From NCBI GenBank assembly GCA_022711465.1, contig JAKLEZ010000011.1:1-64000 (forward strand): a stretch of DNA of 64,000 nucleotides, given 5' to 3'. How positions within the stretch are numbered: position 1 is the stretch's first letter; each line of letters opens with the position of its first letter. This DNA is from Planctomycetota bacterium (GTDB lineage Bacteria; Planctomycetota; Phycisphaerae; UBA1845; PWPN01). Made by a program: the position numbers and the translations under genes. This document shows positions 8,441 through 16,314 of this stretch, piece after piece. A model generated the notes under the pieces. It saw only the letters and a list, made by a program, of their open reading frames with translations. It was not told where the DNA came from and ran no database searches.

Positions 8441-9415
8441 ATGGCACGAACCACTCATCCGGAACTGGCCCTGGAGGCGGAACACAAAAACCGTGAGAAG
8501 CAGCGGGCATCCACCTATCTCATCAATGTGGTGATCGCCGTGCTGGTCGGCATCGTCGGGGCGTTGCCCTGGATTACCCTGCCCGGGTCCAGGACGCCGA
8601 TCGTCGTCATGGATCACCCTTGGCTGCTGACCGGTCCGGCGATCCTGCTGGTGCTGATTGCGCTGTTGGCCGTGCGGATCGCTCTGCAATGGGACCGTGC
8701 GGTCATTCTCAGGCTTGGCCGATTCCATCGCCTGGGCGGGCCTGGCGTTTTCTGGCTGGTCCCGATCGTGGACCGCGTCGCCAGGTTGGTGGACATGCGC
8801 GTTCGGGCGACGGATTTCCAGGCCGAAAGCACCCTGACGCGTGACACCGTGCCGGTGAACGTGGACGCGATCTGTTTCTGGCACGTCTGGGACGCACAGA
8901 AAGCAGTGCTCGAGGTGGAGAGCTACTACCGGGCGATCGTCCTGTCCGCCCAGACGGCCCTGCGGGATACTATCGGGCGCCACACCCTGGCGGAGATGCT
9001 CACCGAGCGCGAAGCCCTGGGCAGAGCCCTCCAGGAAGTGATGGACGCCAAGAGCAACCCCTGGGGCATCACTGTCCAGTCAGTCGAAATCCGTGACGTG
9101 ATCATCCCGCAAGCTCTCGAGGATGCGATGAGCAAGCAGGCCCAGGCTGAACGGGAGCGTCAGGCCCGCATCATCCTCAGCACCGCGGAAACCGAGATCG
9201 CCAGCAAGTTCATCGACGCCGCCCGACCCTACCAGGACAACCCCGTGGCCGTTCACCTGCGAGCCATGAACATGCTGTACGAGGGACTCAAGGACAAGGG
9301 CTCGATCATCGTGGTACCAAGTTCCGCGGTCGACAGCATGAACCTTGGCGCGATCGGAGGCCTCTCCAACCTGGTCGAACGGAAGAAGGGCGCCGCGTCG
9401 CTTCCGGCCGAGTAG
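8441..9415 (+). CDS. SPFH/band-7 domain protein (stomatin/prohibitin-like, slipin family)
   Basis: AGGAGA SD 6 nt upstream of the ATG. N-terminal TM segment followed by an SPFH core (VILRLGRFHRLGGPGVFWLVPIVDRV...PVNVDAICFWHVWDAQKAV) and a coiled-coil tail (SKQAQAERERQARIIL). Confidence 0.85.
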   Translation: MARTTHPELALEAEHKNREKQRASTYLINVVIAVLVGIVGALPWITLPGSRTPIVVMDHPWLLTGPAILLVLIALLAVRIALQWDRAVILRLGRFHRLGGPGVFWLVPIVDRVARLVDMRVRATDFQAESTLTRDTVPVNVDAICFWHVWDAQKAVLEVESYYRAIVLSAQTALRDTIGRHTLAEMLTEREALGRALQEVMDAKSNPWGITVQSVEIRDVIIPQALEDAMSKQAQAERERQARIILSTAETEIASKFIDAARPYQDNPVAVHLRAMNMLYEGLKDKGSIIVVPSSAVDSMNLGAIGGLSNLVERKKGAASLPAE

Positions 9416-9446
9416 CGGCCTGCCGGCTCCAGACCTTCCGACAAAG

Positions 9447-9490
9447 AAACCGCCCTGCCGTCGTCGCGGATGACGAGGCAGGGCGGTCTG
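9447..9490. terminator. putative bidirectional terminator hairpin between convergent genes
   Basis: ACCGCCCTGCC(GTCGTC)...(GACGAG)GCAGGGCGGT forms an 11-16 bp stem. It is followed by CTGGTTTC on the plus strand and TTCTTTGT on the minus strand. It sits between the SPFH gene stop (9415) and the minus-strand secreted-protein stop (9543). Confidence 0.4.
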
Positions 9491-9542
9491 GTTTCAGGGC
9501 GTTGCTCGCGGCCGTCGGCCGACGGCAACGAGCCGAGCGCCG

Positions 9543-12194
9543 TTACTGTTGTCCGCAGGTCGGACTGGCCGGAACGCTCGGTCCGCTGTAGCAGGCCTCG
9601 AACGCGTTGAAGTCGTTCATGTCGACCGCGTTGTCCATGTTGCGGTCGAAGCAGAAGCACAGGTCCTTGTTGAACTGCTGCCCCGGGTCGCCCGGTCCGG
9701 TGTAGCACAACTGCCAGACACCGAAGTCCGCCTGGTCGACGTCGCCGTCGTCATCGGCGTCGGCGAACGGGGTGTGGCCGCAGCAGAAACCACCGCTCAC
9801 GCACAGCGGATCATCGCAGTCGATCAGCCCGTTGCAGGAGTTGTCCAGGCCGTCGGTGCAAAGTGCCTGGCTGTCCTGGGGCACCGGAGCACCGGTCGCG
9901 ACCTTCAGCGTGCAGAGGATCGTACCGTTACTATCGGTCTCGGCGGACCCGCAGTCATCGGTGACCTTGCAGGAGATGACCGCCAGTTGCAGGACCCCAT
10001 TCTCATACCAGTTGTCGCACTGCTCGACGGTGTAGTCCACGGTGGCCTGATCCGTCCCGATCTCCGTCTTGACGCCTCTGACGGTCTTGTACCACTGGTA
10101 GTGGAGCACGCCGGTTCCTGCCGCACTGCAGTAGAAGTGGGCGTTCTTCCCCACGTCCACCTCGACCGGGAAGTACACGGAAAGCCCGGTTGGGTTGCCC
10201 TTGACAGTCAGGACTGCCTCCGAACTGGTCACGCTTCCGCACTCGTCGGTCACGACGCACCGGACCTTGGTGCCGCTGTCCGCCGTCTGAACGTTGGGCA
10301 GCGTCACCGACGTCCCGGTCGCCGGCGGAACGATGTCCCCGAAGACGCCATCACCGGCCGTGTCCTTCTGCCAGACATAGGACAGCGTGCCCTTGCCGGT
10401 GGCAAGAACCGAGAAGGTGGCATCCGTATTCTGGCAGACCGTGGTCGACGCCGGCGCCTGGGCAAAGAAGACGCCAATGCGCAGCGTGGCCAGTCGGCTG
10501 ACCACCACCCCGTTGGCATCACAGACCTTAGCGCTCACCACTGCTCCGTTGTACGACGCGGCAACGTTGCTGAGCGATAACGTGGCCGTCGTCGCGCCGG
10601 CGATAGTTACGCCGTCGCCGTTGGGGCCGTCGCTCAAATCAACGCCATCTTTCTGCCACAGGTAGGTCAGGCCGCTCCCGGTAGCTCCCACGGTCAACGA
10701 CGCGGAGCCGCTCGGGCAGAACGAGATATCCTGGGGTTGGCTGGTGATCGTCGGCCCGCCCGCACCAGGCTTGTCCAGCACGAAACTGGCGCTGGTCAGG
10801 TCCTTATGATTCGGGCCATCCGGCGGTGACCAGACCCTCAGCCACTCCGACGAATTGCAGATCGTATACAGGTTGCCGGCGTCATCGAATGCCACGTCAG
10901 CGACCTGGACGTTACCCTCGGCGGCGACGATGTACAACTGAGCGCCGGTCGTCGAGTTATAGATCGGCACGCTGCCTTGATACCGCTTGGAAACCGCAAC
11001 CCAGCCCTTCGACTCACAGACGCCGACGCCGCGAACATAGGGTTGGTCATTGGGGGTTGTGAAGGTCTCGATCTTCGCGCCAGTTGGATCGTACTTCTCG
11101 ACGGCCGCGGCTTCGCCGGCCTTGGCACGATAGTTGGTGATGTAGAAGTTGCCGTCCTTGTCGCGGGCGAAGTCATATCCGTAGTACGGCGTCGTGTAGA
11201 TGAATCGAGTGCCCACGTCCGCCGGCGTCGCCCTGTCTTGGTTCCCTAGTACGTACTTGATCACGCCTCTGTTGTTCGGAGCAGAGGCCCAGTAGTTGGA
11301 GTTGAGGCAGCACAGCTCGCGGTTGCCGGCTTCCTTCGAACCGATGGAGAGAAGACTGCTGATCCACTGGCCGATGTCGTGAGCGGCGTCGTCGGTCTCG
11401 CCGTAGTGTGTCTGGTTGCTGTAGTCGCCGGCCAGCAATTGGACGACAGAAGACAGATCGGGGGTAAACTCGAACGCAAAGTCGTCGAAGAAGCTGGCCA
11501 CATAGACGTGACCATCATCCCATCCGATATTCAACCTGAAGGGAGACGAGTAGTTCGTCGTGTCATGTGTCCAGTCGGTCATGGTGCCCGCAGGGTCGAC
11601 GGCATTCGAGAAGGCAACCTCCGCACCGTCCGCAGAAAGGCAGTAGACACCGTTCTTGGTATTACGACCGAAAGCGGTCAAGCCGGACTCGTCGCCGACG
11701 TTGTTCTCGGCGACGTAGATCTTACCGTAGTGGGGGCTGGCCGGGTTTCGGTTGACATCGACGCCCGTGGGGTAGTAGAAGGAGTGCGCGGTGTCGTGGC
11801 CACCAATCTCCGACCAGGAAGTATGCCCCTGATCCGCCGCGGTGACGCGGAACGAGTAGGTCTTGTCCATGCCGCTGGGTGCTCGGGTGCCGTCATCCTT
11901 GCGGCCGTCCCACTGCCAGGCATGTTTGCCCTTGGCCTGGCGGGCAATGGTCACGGTCCTGATCGCCGTCGAGGAGCTGTCCAGTACCTCGATGGTGACG
12001 CCCGGCCGAGTGCCGTCGCCGTTGGCATTTTCGTTGAGGATGTAGGTCACCGTTGCGGTGCCGCATGTGCCGTTCAACGCCGATGCGTCGACGGTCACGC
12101 CTGACGGGTACACATTCGCGTACGCCGCGGCCGGCAGCGCGACGAGACACGCCGCGGCCAGAAGCACTGACAGATAGCTCGTGTGACGGTTCAT
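9543..12194 (-). CDS. large secreted protein: FlgD-like Ig N-domain, beta-propeller-like middle, Ig-like repeats, C-terminal Cys-containing dockerin-like Ca-binding module
   Basis: Signal peptide MNRHTSYLSVLLAAACLVALPAAAYA; the start was set at the internal Met (aa 68 of the track ORF). Ig-like repeats GPTITSQPQDISFCPSGSASLTVGATGSGLTYLWQKDGV. C-terminus DADDDGDVDQADFGVWQLCYTGP / DRNMDNAVDMNDFNAFEACYSGP. Confidence 0.7.
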   Translation of the reverse strand: MNRHTSYLSVLLAAACLVALPAAAYANVYPSGVTVDASALNGTCGTATVTYILNENANGDGTRPGVTIEVLDSSSTAIRTVTIARQAKGKHAWQWDGRKDDGTRAPSGMDKTYSFRVTAADQGHTSWSEIGGHDTAHSFYYPTGVDVNRNPASPHYGKIYVAENNVGDESGLTAFGRNTKNGVYCLSADGAEVAFSNAVDPAGTMTDWTHDTTNYSSPFRLNIGWDDGHVYVASFFDDFAFEFTPDLSSVVQLLAGDYSNQTHYGETDDAAHDIGQWISSLLSIGSKEAGNRELCCLNSNYWASAPNNRGVIKYVLGNQDRATPADVGTRFIYTTPYYGYDFARDKDGNFYITNYRAKAGEAAAVEKYDPTGAKIETFTTPNDQPYVRGVGVCESKGWVAVSKRYQGSVPIYNSTTGAQLYIVAAEGNVQVADVAFDDAGNLYTICNSSEWLRVWSPPDGPNHKDLTSASFVLDKPGAGGPTITSQPQDISFCPSGSASLTVGATGSGLTYLWQKDGVDLSDGPNGDGVTIAGATTATLSLSNVAASYNGAVVSAKVCDANGVVVSRLATLRIGVFFAQAPASTTVCQNTDATFSVLATGKGTLSYVWQKDTAGDGVFGDIVPPATGTSVTLPNVQTADSGTKVRCVVTDECGSVTSSEAVLTVKGNPTGLSVYFPVEVDVGKNAHFYCSAAGTGVLHYQWYKTVRGVKTEIGTDQATVDYTVEQCDNWYENGVLQLAVISCKVTDDCGSAETDSNGTILCTLKVATGAPVPQDSQALCTDGLDNSCNGLIDCDDPLCVSGGFCCGHTPFADADDDGDVDQADFGVWQLCYTGPGDPGQQFNKDLCFCFDRNMDNAVDMNDFNAFEACYSGPSVPASPTCGQQ

Positions 12195-12850
12195 TGGATC
12201 TCCAGCTCCTTTCCAGAAAAGAACAGTGAGAAGAATCCTCAACCCGACCGGCTCGTTGCACCTGCGGCGGCAGACACGCTCCGAGCCGCAGACAGGCCGC
12301 GCGCCAAAAGTCGAGACCGGAAGCTCAGTATCCCCGCCAACACCCCCTCCTTCTCCTAGAGGTGTTGCCAGCCATTGGCATTTGCATAATACCATAATCG
12401 GCCCTTTCTGTCTACCACAAGAGGACCCAAGGACTTGTGAATCAAAGGATTACCAACGCTTATCACCCCCAACGTGATGGCTGATTCGCCGGCGGCCTCG
12501 CCCGGATCGCGGCGTGCTGCCGCACCCTCTGACCCACTCGGCGAGGAGTCCTCGCGAGCCCCGACCGAAACCATAAGGCCTGCCCCGGCAATCAATTGGG
12601 CGTGATCATGGCTCGCTTCCTCACCCTCGTCTCACCCCGCGTACCCGTCCGCCGTCCCCCTCCATGTGCCGCTCGGTAGATGCACACAACGACCTCGATG
12701 ATCGTTATTATTGGCCCTCTCTGAACGCCGGGCGATCCGGCTCGAGCAGCCGCCGAACCCACCACCTCGCAAGGCGTCCGGCACGCCGGCGGAGATGATC
12801 GGGAGCTGGCATCGCCGCCGCCGCCCTCGCTCACCGGCATCGAGTCCGGG

Positions 12851-14524
12851 ATGAAGAGGTCCGGTGGCGGATCGACGGGTTCCCTGCTAGAGTCTGTGCC
12901 CGTGCCAATCGCCGTGCGAGGACTGACGCTGGGGCTGGACGAGCCGGAGGAGCTACTGCTTCAGCGGGCGGCGGTCAGGCTACGCATCGCCACGAGCGAC
13001 ATTCAGGCATGGGCGGTCGTCCGGCGCTCCCTCGACGCGCGGCACAAGGATCGAATCGCCTTCACCTACAACGTCGAGCTGGCCTTGGTCGGTCCGACCA
13101 AGCGGGAGAAACACGTCCTCCATCGCCTCCACCGCCCCGACGTGTCCTGGCTGGAGCCGGAAGCCTTATCGGAGCCGGAACCGGGCACTGAGCCGTTGCC
13201 CAGCCGCCCGGTCGTCGTAGGATTCGGGCCGGCCGGCATGTTTGCCGCCCTCACGCTGGCCAGGCTCGGCTACCGGCCGCTGGTCGTCGATCGCGGCCAA
13301 GACGTCTCCACCCGGCATCGCGACATCATGGTTGATTTCTACCGGGCCCGGCACTTCCATCCGGAGTCGAATCTCTTGTACGGTGAGGGCGGCGCGGGAG
13401 CATACTCCGACGGCAAGTTGTACACCCGGGTCAAGGATCCGCGTGTCCAACTCGTACTCGAGACTTTCTACCACCATGGGGCCAAACCGGATGTCCTCAT
13501 CGACGGCAAGCCGCATATCGGCTCCGACAAGCTGCCCGGCATCTGCCGGCGGGTCCGTCTGCATATCGAGGCCCTCGGCGGCGAGGTTCGCTTCGGAAAG
13601 CGACTCGACGACGTGGTCATCGACGACAGCCGATTGACCGGCATCGTCGTCAACGGCGAGACGATCGCCTGTGGCCCAGTCATTCTGGGCATCGGCCACT
13701 CGGCCCGCGACACGCTGCGGATGCTTGGACGACGAGGCGTGCGGTTTGAATCCAAGCCATTCCAGGTCGGCGTTCGAATCGAGCACCCCCAATCACTCGT
13801 AGACCGCTGGCAGTACGGTCCGATGTGCGGCCACGAGCGTCTGCCGCCGGCCGACTACCAGCTCGTGGCCAAAGGAGCCGCCGACGGGGGCGGGGACGTG
13901 TTCAGCTTCTGCATGTGCCCCGGGGGCATGATCCTGCCGACCCATGAGTTGCCCGGGCACCTGTCCACCAACGGCGCGAGCCGTTCGCGACGCAACGGAC
14001 CGCGGGCCAACAGCGGGCTGGTGGTGACCCTCGACCCACGTATCGTCTGCTCCGCGGCGGCGGATGATCCACTGGCGGCATTTGACTTTCTGCGGGTCAT
14101 GGAGCGGGCCGCGTTCGAGGCCGCCGGCGGTGACTACCACCTTCCCGCTCAGCGTGCGGCCGACCTCCTGCAGCGAAAAACCTCCGACGGTTGCCTCGAA
14201 ACCAGCTACCCGCTGGGCGGTCGATGGGTCGATCTGCGCCGAATCCTGCCGGCGTCAATCATCGAACCGGTTGCCCGGGCGATCGAGCAACTGGACCGGC
14301 GGCTACCCGGCTTCGCTGGTCCGCATGCCCTGGTCACCGCCCCGGAGAGCCGAGCGAGCAGCCCGGTGCGGATCACACGCGATCCGGCGACTCGCCAGTC
14401 AGTCTCGACCTCGAACCTGTACCCCGTCGGTGAGGGCGCGGGCTATGCGGGCGGCATCGTCAGCGCCGCCATCGACGGCCTCAAGAGCGCCGAGGCCGTT
14501 ATCGCCCGATACGCCCGACCGTGA
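12851..14524 (+). CDS. FAD-dependent oxidoreductase, uncharacterised COG2509-type
   Basis: Dinucleotide-binding motif VVVGFGPAGMFAALTLARLGYRPLVVDRG. Overall layout matches COG2509 'FAD-dependent protein C-terminal domain' proteins. Confidence 0.8.
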   Translation: MKRSGGGSTGSLLESVPVPIAVRGLTLGLDEPEELLLQRAAVRLRIATSDIQAWAVVRRSLDARHKDRIAFTYNVELALVGPTKREKHVLHRLHRPDVSWLEPEALSEPEPGTEPLPSRPVVVGFGPAGMFAALTLARLGYRPLVVDRGQDVSTRHRDIMVDFYRARHFHPESNLLYGEGGAGAYSDGKLYTRVKDPRVQLVLETFYHHGAKPDVLIDGKPHIGSDKLPGICRRVRLHIEALGGEVRFGKRLDDVVIDDSRLTGIVVNGETIACGPVILGIGHSARDTLRMLGRRGVRFESKPFQVGVRIEHPQSLVDRWQYGPMCGHERLPPADYQLVAKGAADGGGDVFSFCMCPGGMILPTHELPGHLSTNGASRSRRNGPRANSGLVVTLDPRIVCSAAADDPLAAFDFLRVMERAAFEAAGGDYHLPAQRAADLLQRKTSDGCLETSYPLGGRWVDLRRILPASIIEPVARAIEQLDRRLPGFAGPHALVTAPESRASSPVRITRDPATRQSVSTSNLYPVGEGAGYAGGIVSAAIDGLKSAEAVIARYARP

Positions 14525-15003
14525 GAAACGATGCTCCGATGACCGATTCGCTGTCAGACACGTTCCCCCTCCCGGCCCTTCGTGAGACCGCCAGACGTCC
14601 CGAAGTCGTCACCGCGCTCCGGAGGTTCTTCGACGAAACCGACCGCCAGATCGCCGGGTATCATCCAACCTGCTGGAATCACGGCCACTGTTGCCAATTC
14701 GGGACCTACGGTCACCGCCTGTACGTGACGGCATTGGAGGTCGTGATGTACCTGGCCGGCGGGTACGATCTCCCGGTGATCGAGCAGGACGCCTGCCCCC
14801 ACGCTCGCGATGGCCGCTGCCAGGCGCGGACCTGTCGCCCCCTCGGCTGCCGCGTCTTCTACTGTGACCCGGCGGCCCGGGAATGGCAGGGTCCGCTCAC
14901 CGAGGAACGTCTGGCTGTCCTGCGGGACTTGCATGGACAGTTGGGCGTGCCCTATTTTTATGCCGACTGGATGACGGTGCTGCGGGCACTCCAGCGGGAC
15001 TGA
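14521..15003 (+). CDS. Cys-rich hypothetical protein, possibly a YkgJ-like metal-chelating domain
   Basis: GTG start overlapping the upstream stop (GTGA); an alternative ATG lies at 14539. Two Cys clusters: TCWNHGHCCQFG and CPHARDGRCQARTCRPLGCRVFYCDP. The second resembles the C..C.IY..RP..CREF motif of the YkgJ / flagellin N-methylase family. Confidence 0.55.
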   Translation: MRNDAPMTDSLSDTFPLPALRETARRPEVVTALRRFFDETDRQIAGYHPTCWNHGHCCQFGTYGHRLYVTALEVVMYLAGGYDLPVIEQDACPHARDGRCQARTCRPLGCRVFYCDPAAREWQGPLTEERLAVLRDLHGQLGVPYFYADWMTVLRALQRD

Positions 15004-15019
15004 GGCCGGAACGTCACCC

Positions 15020-16282
15020 ATGCATGTGATTCTGATACCGTTGGGGAGTGTCGGGGACATCCATCCGTTCCTGTGGCTGGGGCGTGGCTTGAAGGCCCGC
15101 GGCCATCGGGTGACGCTGATCAGCAATGCCTATTTCGAATCCATGAGCCGCGGGGCGGGGCTCGATTTCGAGGCCCTCGGCCCCATCGAGCTGTACCACG
15201 AGATCGTCGAGAACCCGGATGGCCGCGATCCGAAGAAATCGGGTAGTCTCTTCCGCGAGAAAGTCCTTCCGTGGCTGATCCGCCCGATGTACGAGATGGT
15301 GGCCAGGCACCACGTGCCAGGTGAGACGGTCGTGGTGGCGAACGCCGGGGCCTTCGGGGCCCGTATCGCCCAGGACCACCTGGGCATCCCCCTGGCCACG
15401 ATCTGCCTGCAGCCGCAAGCCTTCCGCAGCATCCACGAGACGCCGAGGCACCCTGACTGGCCGATCCTCAGCTACCTGCCACGCCGCTGGAAGAAGATGG
15501 TGTTTGCCTTCGTCGATCGTTTCTGCATCGACCCGCTGCTCGGGCCGCCGATCAATGCCTTCCGCGTCGAGCTGGGCCTGCCCGCCGTCAGGCATCATCT
15601 CGGTCAATGGCTCTTCTCGCCGCAGCGCATCATCGGGCTGTTCCCGCCCTGGCTCGGCCGGCCGCAACCGGACTGGCCGCGGCAGACGCGCTTGACCGGT
15701 TTCCCCTTGTACGACGCCGCCGAGGACCAGCCGCTGCCGGCCGGCCTGGCCGAGTTCCTCGACGCCGGCCCCCCGCCGGTGGCGTTCACCATGGGCTCGC
15801 CGTTCCGCGACCAGGATCGCTTCTTCCAGGCCTCGGTCGATGCCTGCAGACAGCTTGGCCGGCGCGGGTTGCTGGTCACCCGACACAAGGAACAGGTCCC
15901 CGCTGGATTGCCCGACGGGATCCTGCACGTGGAATATGCACCCTACGGCCGGGTATTCCCGCGGGTGGCCCTGGTGGTTCACCACGGGGGCATGGGCACA
16001 CTCAGTCAGGCGCTGCTCGCAGGCGTACCGCACCTGATCATGCCCATCGCCTACGATCAGCCGGACAACGCCGACCGGTTGACCCGGCTGGGCGTCGCCC
16101 TGCCGATCAAGCGAGCCCTGTACACCGCTCACACCGCGGCCGCCGCCATCAGGAAACTGACCGAGTCGCGCGACGTGGCCGCTCGCTGCCGTGAAGTGGC
16201 CGCCGAGGTCCGTTCCGCCCATCCGCTCAACGACACGTGCCTCCTCGTGGAGCAGCTGAGGTCGCCGGCCGTGGCTCGATAG
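15020..16282 (+). CDS. GT1-family glycosyltransferase, rhamnosyltransferase RhlB-like
   Basis: MHVILIPLGSVGDIHPFLWLGRGLKARGHRVTL is close to P. aeruginosa RhlB MHAILIAIGSAGDVFPFIGLARTLKLRGHRVSL. WLFSPQRIIGLFPPWLGRPQPDWPRQTRLTGFPLYD also aligns with RhlB. UGT-type motif VHHGGMGTLSQALLAGVPHLIMPIAYDQPDNADRL is present. Confidence 0.85.
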   Translation: MHVILIPLGSVGDIHPFLWLGRGLKARGHRVTLISNAYFESMSRGAGLDFEALGPIELYHEIVENPDGRDPKKSGSLFREKVLPWLIRPMYEMVARHHVPGETVVVANAGAFGARIAQDHLGIPLATICLQPQAFRSIHETPRHPDWPILSYLPRRWKKMVFAFVDRFCIDPLLGPPINAFRVELGLPAVRHHLGQWLFSPQRIIGLFPPWLGRPQPDWPRQTRLTGFPLYDAAEDQPLPAGLAEFLDAGPPPVAFTMGSPFRDQDRFFQASVDACRQLGRRGLLVTRHKEQVPAGLPDGILHVEYAPYGRVFPRVALVVHHGGMGTLSQALLAGVPHLIMPIAYDQPDNADRLTRLGVALPIKRALYTAHTAAAAIRKLTESRDVAARCREVAAEVRSAHPLNDTCLLVEQLRSPAVAR

Positions 16283-16314
16283 CCCCCTCCTCCGTCCGCC
16301 TGCCAATCCCTGGT

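Noticed and set aside
12360-12480. AT-rich island (TTGCATAATACCATAAT...) between the divergent secreted-protein and FAD-oxidoreductase genes, considered as a promoter or ncRNA
   Set aside because: The -35/-10-like hexamers have wrong spacing on either strand and there is no convincing structure. Left unannotated.
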